DNA of 27,412 bases from a virus (taxonomy: Duplodnaviria > Caudoviricetes). The stretch spans positions 1 to 27,412 of IMG/VR virus record IMGVR_UViG_3300014613_000090. One strand, given 5' to 3'. The notes beneath the pieces are model-generated. The model had not been told where the DNA came from. It worked only from the letters and a program-made list of their open reading frames with translations, and did no database searches. Positions 1 through 9,720 of the stretch are shown here, piece by piece (within the stretch, counting starts at the first letter, position 1; each line of letters starts with the position of its first letter). Made by a program: the position numbers and the translations under genes.

Positions 1-3000
1 TCATTCCATTTGAAAAGCTTTCCCAACCCCTTAGATATAAAGTTCTTACCTTCCAAAGGAATAAGGTCATATATCTCCTCCCTTAATCTTCTTGCTATAT
101 TTCCTACATGCTCTACTGCTAACCCTGCTCGTAGTGCTTCCCTAGTTCTTTTTGGGTCTTTAAGATATATCTCCTTACCCTTTCCAAAGGACCTAAATGC
201 TTCAGCAAAGTTAAAGTTTACTTCATCAAGGACGTCGGAGAATATATTCCAACCATGGATTGCAGGGTTAAGGAATATTAATCTCTTAACTATTCCCTTT
301 ACCTTCCTTAGCCCTCTTGCATAATTAGTATTCATCCAAGGAGGTGTCCCTATCTCTTCAATAGCATCAGCCACTTCAGGTTTCCATTTCAAGGGAACCT
401 TCGTCAGCATCTTTTGCCCTTTTACTTTTATCACTGTGTACCCAGCAAAAGCAGGATGAGTAACCATTCTATATCTGCTTGCCCATGCTTCTCTATTATT
501 CATCTTTACTGCAACACGGTTTCCATTTTCATCTACCATTTCTTTTAGTGTATCTATAAAGTTCTTATTATGTATAACTCTAGAAAGAGAATACATATAC
601 TCTCCAAGTAATGTTGCCGAGTCATAGTAAGGTTCAAGTCCTATAGCTTCTGCATCCTCGAAGGTTGTTATATTCCTCTGTAGGGAATGGGCAAACTTAG
701 TTCCTAAAAGCCCTCCCAATGGAGTACCTGCACTTCTACCCCTGTCACTCTTTAGCCATTCGGATATATTCTTGTATATATGAGGAGAATAGAAGTCTAA
801 GAATGACTGCATTACGCCAGATGATATTGCCGCATCTGCCATTGCATCTAGTTGTTTTGCATACCAGAGAGCTTCCTCTTGTATACCCTTATTAGCAATC
901 TCATCTGCATACTTTGCAGGCATATCTCTCCATTTAGTTATCAACTCTCTATCTACTACACTAGGAACCATAGTCTTAAAGGTATCAGTAAGTTGGTCGG
1001 CTAGATAAGCATCCTCTCCTCTAAGTCCATCCCACTCCAGTATAGCGTCAGATACATTCTTTATAGTAGGGTTAAACTGTGTAGACGACCTTATACTTTT
1101 AAAGTATTCATGCATCCATCCAGCTACTTTTGTTCCAATAGGGGTTGATTGTGGAGCAGTTTCTTCTTCTAAAGTCATCTCTATATTCTCTGCAAATTCC
1201 TGTTCACCCGGGTCAAGTTCCTCATTCTGCATCATCCTCTTAACAAAAGCATCCTTAGTTAATATATGAACCTTAACTTTGTCCTCATCTATTTTATCTT
1301 CCTTTCCCTGCTTTCTAATATCTTCAAGGGTTTCTATTCCGTATCCAGCTGCCTCAAATTCCTTTAAAAGTTCATCAGTTACAGTTTCCCCAGAAATTTC
1401 CATACCCATTTTACCTTTAGGTAGTGATATGAATTTAAAGTCTTTAGGGTCTAGGCCGTACTTATCACATATACGAGCCTTCTCTATCTCAATCTTCTGC
1501 AAGTCTTTGTTAGTAGTATCTTCTACAACATTCTGTATCCAAAGGTTTCCCTTATTATCCTCAGTCCACTCACGAAATTCACTAGTATGTACCTGTCTTT
1601 TACCACTAGTCGTTGATACTGGAGGCACTGCTATATGACCAAGTTCATGAAGTATTATTTTTACCATATTACCATGTGTAGGTCCTACTACTCGTCCCCC
1701 CATTAAAGTATCATCTTTCCTTGTGTACCTTCCAATAGTATAACCAGTAGGCAATCTAATAATAATTTCATGCATATTACCTTTTTCTATATGCCTACCA
1801 CTAATAGTACCACGATTAGATTTACCTACTTTCCACTTTATATTAAGTTCCCCTAGTCCCACAGTATCTGCTATAGCATAACCAAGTTTCTTTAAGCTGT
1901 CTTGGTCAGTGACCTTCCAGTCTTTCATAGGGAACTTAGGTACTACCTTATGTATGTTCTTTTTTACAAACTCTTCTTGTGGAGTAGGTTCTGGTCTTGC
2001 AAAGACTACTACTTCATCACCTTCAGCAATTATATTCTTTGCTACGACACCATCATATCCTTTACCTTCTAAGTATTCTCTGGCTGTGACTGCAGCTATC
2101 TCATTTGCTTCTTCTGAAGTTTTACCTTCTGCTAATGCTTTCTTTCTTGCAGGTTGTGTTACCTCATCCCAAAATGCAGTTGCTTCTTTTTGGTCATTAA
2201 TGATAAAGGGATTTTTAAGATTGACAGTAGAACTTTTCACATCACCATATTTTTCAGCATATTCTTTATTAGTAGTATGATAAGTTCCTTTACCAAATAT
2301 TCCTGGGTCTACAGGTTGTGGGTAGTCTTTATCTATTCCTCTATATACAGTAGCTGAATAAGGTTCTACTTTTTGTGCAGGAGCTTCTTTTTTAATTACT
2401 GGCTCCTCAGGTAAAAATTCTTTCTTCTCTCCCACCGGTATTATTTCACCTTCAACAGTTTCATCTACTATCTTCTCGGCAATATCTAAAGTTCCTTCTC
2501 TCATAGTTATATTATGCTTTAACATCTTATCTACTTTACTTTCTGAGAATGAACGAATAGATGAACTTGCAGAACCTAGAGACCCTAATACAAGTGACAT
2601 AGCCAAGCCACCTGCACCTGCTTCTATCATCTCCTTAACAGGGAAGAGTGTCTCTTCCTCACTATACATTAGATTATCTATAGCATGTTCTATAGGAACC
2701 ATAGCCACTTCTTGTGCAGTCTCAGTAAGGGCACCCACAGCCCAGTCAATCCCCATTTTGCCGTACTTTGCAAGGAAGGTTTTGGCTCCTCTATTAACTA
2801 CATTACTCCCCCCAAAGACATTTAGCCAACGTTGGAACGGTATAGCCTCAGTTGCCACTTCACCCATGGCACCTATAACACCACCCAATAGTTGAGCGGC
2901 ATAAGGAGCCTCTTCACCTCGGGACTTAAATCCCTCTTCTATTCTTCTAGCGTGTCCACCTAGTGAGGCTGCTCCAAAGGGTAACATGGCTGCAGGCAAT

Positions 3001-3539
3001 GCACCTATCTTCATAGCAAGAGCAGGAAACGCTCCAGACAAAGCCCCTCCCGACATAAGAGTTAAAAGACTAAGAGGTACTGCTCTACCACCTAATGCAA
3101 CAAAGTTTTTTAACCTATTTTTACTTATAGTTTTTTCCCAACTATCTGCAGCTATTGTTTCAGATTTAGAAACTAGTTCCCCTAACCACCCTCTTATACT
3201 ATCCTTTTTAGGGTCATATAAGTCCTTATCAAATACGTCTGTAACCTTATCAGTTATCTGCACTCCACCTTCGTATAGAAGCCTTCCTAGGTTTAAGAGC
3301 ATACCCTGAGTATCAGCAAGACCAGACTTACCCGCATGATATACTAAATCTAGCCAACTAGGTTCTTCATATCCAGCAGGACTAATAGTTGATAAGTCTA
3401 TAGGTTCAGGTGTAGGCTCAGGTATAGGAGGCTTCCAAGTAGACTTAACTACTTCTGGTTCTTCTATGATGGGCTTAGGAGGAGTCCATGTAAACTTTTT
3501 CTTTTCAATAATTGGGGGTTTCCATGTTACTACCACCAT
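1..3539 (-). CDS. Large internal virion (ejection) / polyvalent protein, >=1179 aa, 3'-truncated by the window edge; ART-PolyVal-like ADP-ribosyltransferase domain and HEXXH zincin domain
   Basis: Not in the ORF track. ATG at 3539 follows AGGAGG. Manual translation gives MVVVTWKPPIIEKKKFTWTPP..., Gly/Ala-rich hydrophobic segments (~2560-3080), YRG...GIFGKGTYHT...LKNP...GYDGV...EGDEVVVF (2001-2345) and ILHELGH...H-T-S-E-F (HELGH at 1635-1649). No stop in spot-checked lines, and the track reports no closed ORF in this frame, consistent with run-off. Confidence 0.85.
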   Translation of the reverse strand, partial: MVVVTWKPPIIEKKKFTWTPPKPIIEEPEVVKSTWKPPIPEPTPEPIDLSTISPAGYEEPSWLDLVYHAGKSGLADTQGMLLNLGRLLYEGGVQITDKVTDVFDKDLYDPKKDSIRGWLGELVSKSETIAADSWEKTISKNRLKNFVALGGRAVPLSLLTLMSGGALSGAFPALAMKIGALPAAMLPFGAASLGGHARRIEEGFKSRGEEAPYAAQLLGGVIGAMGEVATEAIPFQRWLNVFGGSNVVNRGAKTFLAKYGKMGIDWAVGALTETAQEVAMVPIEHAIDNLMYSEEETLFPVKEMIEAGAGGLAMSLVLGSLGSASSSIRSFSESKVDKMLKHNITMREGTLDIAEKIVDETVEGEIIPVGEKKEFLPEEPVIKKEAPAQKVEPYSATVYRGIDKDYPQPVDPGIFGKGTYHTTNKEYAEKYGDVKSSTVNLKNPFIINDQKEATAFWDEVTQPARKKALAEGKTSEEANEIAAVTAREYLEGKGYDGVVAKNIIAEGDEVVVFARPEPTPQEEFVKKNIHKVVPKFPMKDWKVTDQDSLKKLGYAIADTVGLGELNIKWKVGKSNRGTISGRHIEKGNMHEIIIRLPTGYTIGRYTRKDDTLMGGRVVGPTHGNMVKIILHELGHIAVPPVSTTSGKRQVHTSEFREWTEDNKGNLWIQNVVEDTTNKDLQKIEIEKARICDKYGLDPKDFKFISLPKGKMGMEISGETVTDELLKEFEAAGYGIETLEDIRKQGKEDKIDEDKVKVHILTKDAFVKRMMQNEELDPGEQEFAENIEMTLEEETAPQSTPIGTKVAGWMHEYFKSIRSSTQFNPTIKNVSDAILEWDGLRGEDAYLADQLTDTFKTMVPSVVDRELITKWRDMPAKYADEIANKGIQEEALWYAKQLDAMADAAISSGVMQSFLDFYSPHIYKNISEWLKSDRGRSAGTPLGGLLGTKFAHSLQRNITTFEDAEAIGLEPYYDSATLLGEYMYSLSRVIHNKNFIDTLKEMVDENGNRVAVKMNNREAWASRYRMVTHPAFAGYTVIKVKGQKMLTKVPLKWKPEVADAIEEIGTPPWMNTNYARGLRKVKGIVKRLIFLNPAIHGWNIFSDVLDEVNFNFAEAFRSFGKGKEIYLKDPKRTREALRAGLAVEHVGNIARRLREEIYDLIPLEGKNFISKGLGKLFKWN

Positions 3540-3750
3540 TCATCCCTCCTCTTATAGCATTAGCTAAAGGATTTTCCTCACCAAGAGTATTTCCTCCTAA
3601 AGGTCCTTCAGGTATTCCTAACTGAGCCTCTAACTGTTTGAAATATCTTTCTATATAAGGAGACAAAAAGAAGTTAAGAGGAGTACCCCTTTTCTTTGCA
3701 AGTTGCTTTGATATAATATTAGTGTTATTGAATAAGTCTAAACCGTTCAT
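3505..3750 (-). CDS. Small hypothetical protein (81 aa), probably virion-internal
   Basis: GGAGG RBS; start overlaps the stop of the upstream gene; lies within the internal-protein cluster. Confidence 0.6.
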   Translation of the reverse strand: MNGLDLFNNTNIISKQLAKKRGTPLNFFLSPYIERYFKQLEAQLGIPEGPLGGNTLGEENPLANAIRGGMNGGSNMETPNY

Positions 3751-5063
3751 TTAACCTCCCCCCATTCTTCTGGATGTTCCTTAAAGTACTTTTTCATAAC
3801 ATTATCTAACTGCTTAGAATGCAGACCGTCAACAGGTCCTGTATATAAGCCTGCTTTCTTAGCCGCTGTTTGAAATGCTTTTACCTTCTCCTTATCCCAA
3901 GTACCCATTTCAGTTATAACGTCTTGTTCATTAATCCCTTCCGCTTCTACAGGTTTAGGCACTTCTGTAGGCTTTCCTGCTCTCCCTTCTTTCCACTTCT
4001 CATACGCAGGATAAAAAGGTCCTGTGAAAGCTGTTTCAATAAAGTCTTGCAAGTCACTAGCGAAGCCCGGCTCCTTTTCAACAGTAGGAGCTCCTCTCTC
4101 AAAAGCTCCAACTCCTCCCTTCCATAATTCTGCACCAGCTTGAGTTTCAGGAGTTTCAACTGCACCCGTAGGATTTAAGAGCTTTTGTATAGCTCCAGCT
4201 ATCCCTCCACCTTCTACTACATCTCCTGTATCTCCTTCTATATCTGCAGTTTTAGGAGCCATTCCAGTTATCGTATCTTTTACATCATCTATAACTTTTT
4301 GAGGATATCCGTTACTTTCTCCTACTTGCTGTAATACATCTAACATTTGAGTTAATCCTTGCTCACCTGTTAGCATAGTCATCATTGTACTTAAGTCTCC
4401 CTTTGTAACTTTCTGGAAGTCATCAAACAAGTTAGCAGCTGTCTTTTGTGCACCCGCTGCGACAGTCTTAGGTTGCAGATTTGCTATAACAGTTTCTGCA
4501 TCCGCTCCATAAGTTTCCTCTATCCAACTAAGAGGGTCATTTGGGTCACCTTTTTGCTGTTGTGAACCAGGTAAGTTTATGGTTTTGCCACCAGATGAAA
4601 TGGTTCCTCCACTAGGCATACCACCTTGACCTTCAGTTCTCTTAGCCTTTAAACTATTTACAAATTCTCCTTGACCTTCTGGAGTCATTTGAAGTAATAA
4701 ATCTATAGTCTCCTTAGCCTTATCAGCAGTTGTCTTTTGAGCTGCAGCTACTTGACCAGCTGCACCTATCTTTGCTTGTTCTGTTCCACCTCTTTCTTGA
4801 GCTAAAGCCACAGCTAATGGTGACTCATTTTGTAGCTTCTGCATAGTTATTTCATGCTTCCTTGTATCCTCAAGTAGTTTGTCTTCTCGTGCTAGCCGTA
4901 CTTGTTTTGACACCGCAGATTCTTCTCCTGCCGCAAAGCTCGAAGTCGGACCTGCATAAGCAGACTGTACTCCACCACCCGTAGGTTGCTTCCTTTGTGC
5001 AGCTATTAACTTTGCTAAGTCTACTAACCAACCATAATCTAATCCCATAGTTTGTATAGCCAT
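3747..5063 (-). CDS. Internal virion protein (438 aa) with C-terminal peptidoglycan-binding-like (PG_binding_1) motif
   Basis: Gly/Ala/Gln-rich and helical; C-terminal VKAFQTAAKKAGLYTGPVDGLHSKQLDNVMKKY resembles V..LQ..L...GYY.G.VDG.FG..T; TAATG coupling to the upstream gene. Confidence 0.65.
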   Translation of the reverse strand: MAIQTMGLDYGWLVDLAKLIAAQRKQPTGGGVQSAYAGPTSSFAAGEESAVSKQVRLAREDKLLEDTRKHEITMQKLQNESPLAVALAQERGGTEQAKIGAAGQVAAAQKTTADKAKETIDLLLQMTPEGQGEFVNSLKAKRTEGQGGMPSGGTISSGGKTINLPGSQQQKGDPNDPLSWIEETYGADAETVIANLQPKTVAAGAQKTAANLFDDFQKVTKGDLSTMMTMLTGEQGLTQMLDVLQQVGESNGYPQKVIDDVKDTITGMAPKTADIEGDTGDVVEGGGIAGAIQKLLNPTGAVETPETQAGAELWKGGVGAFERGAPTVEKEPGFASDLQDFIETAFTGPFYPAYEKWKEGRAGKPTEVPKPVEAEGINEQDVITEMGTWDKEKVKAFQTAAKKAGLYTGPVDGLHSKQLDNVMKKYFKEHPEEWGEVK

Positions 5064-6001
5064 TATTGTACCTGTCCTCCTACTCCATATATACCACCTG
5101 AAATGATACTAGAATATTCTTTCTTAGCCGGCTTCATAGCTTCCTTAATAGCTGACGGTATATATTCTGGATTTTGATAAGCTAACTGAGTAGGTGTATT
5201 GAGATATGCAAGAATACTATTTATAGTATCTTGAGAAGTTGGATTAGCCTTTATATAAGCATCCATGTAACTATTCAATTGCTGAGTCTTAGCACCCTGC
5301 CAGGTATTATAATCCTGAGACCTTGCACTTAAGTAATCAGCGTAACCTTTGCCAGTAGCATTAGACCATGTATTATAATCTTGGGACCTTGCACTCTGCC
5401 AAGTACTATAGTTTGAAGCCATAAAGCTAGCCTTCTGCCCAGCAGCCGTAGTTTCAAGTTCTCCCAATCCAAGTCCCGCTGTTACTTGTCTATTAAGCGC
5501 CTGATTAGCCATTTCACCTCTAGCAGCAGCTAAGCTACCTGCTAAGTTAGATGCTCCTTTATTAACAGCCTCACCTCTAGCTCCACCCCAAAACGTTCCA
5601 GGACCTGCAAATTCTTCTCTAATACCAGGAGCTATATCTTCTTGAAACGTCTTCAGAGCAGGAGCAGCTACCGTGTTCTGAAAATATTCCTCAGATACTT
5701 CACCGGCTAAAGCACTTCTTAGAGCATCTGATACGTTCCCACTTACTCCACTAGGAAGTAAACCGGCACCACCAGTTTTAGCAGAAATAACTGGAGTTGT
5801 AGGCATGGCTGGAATGTTAAGTTTTGGAGTTGTAGGCATAGCTCCAACATCACCTACACCAGCACCAGATAAATATTTACTTAAACCAGATAAGTAACCA
5901 GTATCTCCCCCTTGATTTTGCATTAATAACTTCTTTAAATAATCAGCTAATGCCTTTTGATTAGGGTCTAAAGTACCCATAGTACTTATAGGATTTGCCA
6001 A
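5063..6001 (-). CDS. Internal virion / DNA pilot-like protein (312 aa)
   Basis: TTG start after AAGGTG; Ala/Gly/Gln-rich; internal repeats AMPTTP x2 and SARSQDYNTW x2; position after tail genes is typical of podovirus ejection proteins. Confidence 0.6.
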   Translation of the reverse strand: MANPISTMGTLDPNQKALADYLKKLLMQNQGGDTGYLSGLSKYLSGAGVGDVGAMPTTPKLNIPAMPTTPVISAKTGGAGLLPSGVSGNVSDALRSALAGEVSEEYFQNTVAAPALKTFQEDIAPGIREEFAGPGTFWGGARGEAVNKGASNLAGSLAAARGEMANQALNRQVTAGLGLGELETTAAGQKASFMASNYSTWQSARSQDYNTWSNATGKGYADYLSARSQDYNTWQGAKTQQLNSYMDAYIKANPTSQDTINSILAYLNTPTQLAYQNPEYIPSAIKEAMKPAKKEYSSIISGGIYGVGGQVQ

Positions 6002-6013
6002 TTAAATCACCTT

Positions 6014-8245
6014 CTAAATATATAAAAATATTCGCTTAAAATTTAGTGCCATAAGTCTTCTAACTTCTTTAAACTTCTTATCCATATCGCTAAGCTGTAA
6101 AATCATTCTCTTCGCTGTGGGCTCTATATCTATATACTCACTAGTATTATAAGATATAGGCTCTATTCTATAATCACTTTCAACTAGACTATTAAGACTA
6201 TTTAGTAATTTCATAAAGTTCTCATTTAGAACATAAGTATTATTTACATCCTTAAGTCTAAAATCATTTATTATATCTTTAAAGCCATTTGGACTAATCT
6301 CCTCCTGATAAAGTGGTGTTAATTGCTGACAGGAGTTCATAGGTACCAAATCACTGGCATATACACTTCCTTTTACATACTCAATAATATCGTTTACTGT
6401 GTTCTTTAAAACTGTAGTATTATGATTTATAGTTAAAGTATCTTGGTTCATATTCTCTTGATAAATTATACACTTCTCTCTAAGTGTTTCCCAATCCTTC
6501 TTAGTATCTAATCCTCTCAAAAAAGCCGAAAATGTTTTACCAAATATTATAGATGGGTCTATCCCAGACTCAGGAGACCAATCAAAAGTAGGATCTTTCC
6601 AAGGAGGCAATTTTACTCCAGGCCACTCCCAAGGTGGATAAGTAAAGGGAGGATAACTCCAAGGTGGATATACTGTGTAAGGCGGAAATACCTCCTCAGG
6701 CCACTTAAATGGAGGCACCTCTGGAGTAATAGGTTCTATAATAGGTTCTACAATAGGCACGAAAGGAGAATCTCCTCCACCAGGATTAGGTAGTGCATCT
6801 GCACCTGTATAAGTACCTAAACTAAATGCTACCCACTTTTCTGGTACTTCGTAGTACTTAACCCCACTAATAACCGCATATGCCCTATAAGTGTATGACT
6901 CCCCTGCAAATAACTTGTCAAAAGCAAAAGCAGGGAAGTCTCCTAGAACCAATGTAAAAGCTCCCTCTTCAAAATCCCCATGTTCGTGTTCAATTTTTAT
7001 CAGTGTTCCATACCAACCTGAGTCAATATCCCAATCCGTATCTCCTTCAAATCCAGCCATTCCATGGTCTATATTGTTATAAAGCGTACCTGATACTTCA
7101 TGCTTTATCTCAAACCCTCTTTCAGTCGCATTTATCTCAGATACTATAGTTCCATTTCCATCTGCAAACTCATAGTAAGCCGGATTGGCTACAGGAACTG
7201 GTACCTCTGCATCTTGAGTTGTTACTACAGGTATTAATGTAGTAAAGTTTACTTCTTCTCCATAACCATATCCTGCAGAGTTATAAGCATATGGCTTAAC
7301 ATAATACTTCGTCCCTAGAGTTAGCCCTGTTATAGCTTCAGTAAAAGCTCCAGTTCCAAACGTTCCTGTCTCCTCTACCTTACTATCTGCTATAGTTGGG
7401 TTTCCTGTAAGATTATAACATACCCCTCTCTTAGTAGCATTCTCTCCGCCTGTATCAGTTATGTTTCCTTTACCGGTTGCAGTAAGCATTAGTATATCAG
7501 AGACTGCAGGGGTTGTTAGTACAGGTACAGTTATTTCTTCTTCTAAAGTAGTAAAATCTGTTATACTGCTAACACTAGTTCCAACACCGTTAGTAGCAAA
7601 CGTTCTAATATAATACTTTGTATTAGAAAGTAATCCCGTAATAGGTAATGAGAAAGCTTCAGCCCCAAAGTCTCCACTTTCTTCCACCTTTTTAAAATCT
7701 GCATCTTCAGGTATTGTTGCCTTGATACTATAGTAAAACCCTCGTTTAGTAGCATTACTTCCATTAGCATAAGTTATAGTACCATTACCTGTAGCAGTTC
7801 CTGATGTTATATTAGAAGCCGCTTGGACAGTAACAGTAGGTGCTGTTGCATAAAAGTTTACTTCACTCATATAGACAGTTGTATTAGGATATGGTACACT
7901 ACTATATTTAAGTCTTACTCTAAAAGCACTAATCAAACGTGTAGCACAATACACACCAAGGGGTGTATTTTGTGGTAATAGGTTCTCAAATAAATGGTTC
8001 CAAGCACCATTGTAGTAAATATCTATATCAACAGTATGATTACCCACTCCTGACTCTGAACTAAAGTATCTAATTTCAACTGAGTAAGAATACATAGGTT
8101 CATGCGTAAACTCAATAAATGGTGTCCACGCATCCGAAGCAGCAGCTATAGATGCTCCTGTACCATTATCCCCATCATACGCGAGCTCCCCATTAGCCCA
8201 TCCGTTTAATACAAATCCAGTAGGATTAACAGATACTACTCCCAT
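6014..8245 (-). CDS. Virion/tail protein (743 aa): N-terminal beta domain, three fibronectin type III-like repeats, Pro/aromatic-rich linker, helical C-terminus
   Basis: Repeats P.(V/L)T....S.I....ATG.G.I....G..AT.RG..Y ... F...ITGL...TKYY(I/V)...A.N..G ... FTTL; TAATG coupling to the upstream gene. Confidence 0.7.
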   Translation of the reverse strand: MGVVSVNPTGFVLNGWANGELAYDGDNGTGASIAAASDAWTPFIEFTHEPMYSYSVEIRYFSSESGVGNHTVDIDIYYNGAWNHLFENLLPQNTPLGVYCATRLISAFRVRLKYSSVPYPNTTVYMSEVNFYATAPTVTVQAASNITSGTATGNGTITYANGSNATKRGFYYSIKATIPEDADFKKVEESGDFGAEAFSLPITGLLSNTKYYIRTFATNGVGTSVSSITDFTTLEEEITVPVLTTPAVSDILMLTATGKGNITDTGGENATKRGVCYNLTGNPTIADSKVEETGTFGTGAFTEAITGLTLGTKYYVKPYAYNSAGYGYGEEVNFTTLIPVVTTQDAEVPVPVANPAYYEFADGNGTIVSEINATERGFEIKHEVSGTLYNNIDHGMAGFEGDTDWDIDSGWYGTLIKIEHEHGDFEEGAFTLVLGDFPAFAFDKLFAGESYTYRAYAVISGVKYYEVPEKWVAFSLGTYTGADALPNPGGGDSPFVPIVEPIIEPITPEVPPFKWPEEVFPPYTVYPPWSYPPFTYPPWEWPGVKLPPWKDPTFDWSPESGIDPSIIFGKTFSAFLRGLDTKKDWETLREKCIIYQENMNQDTLTINHNTTVLKNTVNDIIEYVKGSVYASDLVPMNSCQQLTPLYQEEISPNGFKDIINDFRLKDVNNTYVLNENFMKLLNSLNSLVESDYRIEPISYNTSEYIDIEPTAKRMILQLSDMDKKFKEVRRLMALNFKRIFLYI

Positions 8246-9705
8246 TATTTCTTCTCCCTCAAAGTATAATCAATTCCATAGAACCTTAAGAACCATCTCT
8301 TATCATCAGTGCTATGAGTTAACTTAATTCTTGCTTTCCTATCTACAAACTTTAAATCCTTCTTAACCTTATTATAAGCCGCAGTTACAGTTAGGTCACT
8401 AGCAACAGTATAATCAGTACCTTCATTGACTGAATGTTGGAACTGGACTGTATCTGCCGCATCCCCTTTCATATCAAAATTAAATGCATAGTATCTCTTC
8501 CTACGCATAGTATATTCTTCTTCAGATATCACGAAGTCTGGAGACTCTATAAAGCTAGTTATAGCCTTTCCGTTATCCTGTTTAGTACTGTAGTCAAACT
8601 GCACTGGTACAGGAGTCTTAATACCAAGAAGTGCTTTATATCCATTATAATAGATATAGTCTGCACATATTATAGCGTCTCCTAATTGCCCTTTCCACCA
8701 ACTCTTCTGCTCTATATCATACATAAAGTACTTGGTAACATAACTTGCTGCAGTGCCTATAAGATAGAAGAAGTATACCTGCTTCTTGTAAGCTACGTAC
8801 ATAGCAAAGCTTGCCTGTGTTAAGTCTGTAGTTGATGTTGCAAGATCTGCTAACCACAAGTCCTTAATAGGGTCTCCTATAGGGACAGCTTCTCTTCCTC
8901 CATCCCAAGAATATATATTGTCGTGAGACATAAAGAACAATCTACCACCTACATTCACTACTGCTCTTTGAGCCAATAAACCTGTAGAAGGTAATTGGAT
9001 TGTAAGAGAGAATATAGAACTCCCTCCTATATAGTCCATTAGTCCCGCACTCTTATCTTTGAAGACAGCAATATAAGGGCCTAAAGGTATAGCTCCTCTT
9101 ATCTCAATACCGTCCCCATCTATCCAATCTATGAAATAAGCTGCACCGGTAGTGTTATATGCACCAATACCACTGTATCTAATACGAAGTGGTACCTCAA
9201 AGCCCGAAGCATACTCACCAAATCCTATGAGTCTAAACTTGTAGGGTATAATAATTCTAGGGAAGTATGATGCCCAATCCCCAGCTACTAAAGCACCCGT
9301 TCCAGCATCATATAAACCTTTTTCTGAACTAGCTATCAAAGGGTGGTCTTGAATAGAACAAGCACTTGGGTATCTATGTGTAGTAATAAAATCTGTTACT
9401 GCTACAGTTGCTGCCCAAGCAGCTACATTCAAATAGTATATTCCATTTGAAGTAATTAAGTACAAAGTAGTTACTCCAGCAAAAGTAGTAAAAGGGAAAA
9501 ATAGATAGGGAGTTCCTATCAAGGCTGTAGTAGTTCCATAAGTAGGATAACCGTACCTCTGAGCAAGAACTCCTTTCTCTATTTCCATATTACTACAATT
9601 GATAAGACACCTTGGTGATAACTCCGTACTAGGCATATTATTGTAAATTCCTAATGTTGGCATATGTATAGGAAAAAGTATATGAGTGTCTTCTTGAATT
9701 CCCAT
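8245..9705 (-). CDS. Tail nozzle / DNA stabilisation protein (P22 gp10 / T7 gp12-like beta-propeller), 486 aa
   Basis: N-terminal G.....P...LSP......N..I..G.L..R.GY, IRYS.., IAVFK, G.LA...VV.VG..LFF.S.D.IY.WDG, IG..I, YD.....W pattern; AGGAGG RBS; position upstream of ejection proteins. Confidence 0.7.
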   Translation of the reverse strand: MGIQEDTHILFPIHMPTLGIYNNMPSTELSPRCLINCSNMEIEKGVLAQRYGYPTYGTTTALIGTPYLFFPFTTFAGVTTLYLITSNGIYYLNVAAWAATVAVTDFITTHRYPSACSIQDHPLIASSEKGLYDAGTGALVAGDWASYFPRIIIPYKFRLIGFGEYASGFEVPLRIRYSGIGAYNTTGAAYFIDWIDGDGIEIRGAIPLGPYIAVFKDKSAGLMDYIGGSSIFSLTIQLPSTGLLAQRAVVNVGGRLFFMSHDNIYSWDGGREAVPIGDPIKDLWLADLATSTTDLTQASFAMYVAYKKQVYFFYLIGTAASYVTKYFMYDIEQKSWWKGQLGDAIICADYIYYNGYKALLGIKTPVPVQFDYSTKQDNGKAITSFIESPDFVISEEEYTMRRKRYYAFNFDMKGDAADTVQFQHSVNEGTDYTVASDLTVTAAYNKVKKDLKFVDRKARIKLTHSTDDKRWFLRFYGIDYTLREKK

Positions 9706-9720
9706 CTAAGCCTCCTTGAC

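Noticed and set aside
1-3539. Tape-measure protein call for the long Gly/Ala-rich ORF
   Set aside because: No tail tube, sheath or tail-assembly chaperone genes are recognisable; the order adaptor, nozzle, internal proteins fits a podovirus ejection protein.
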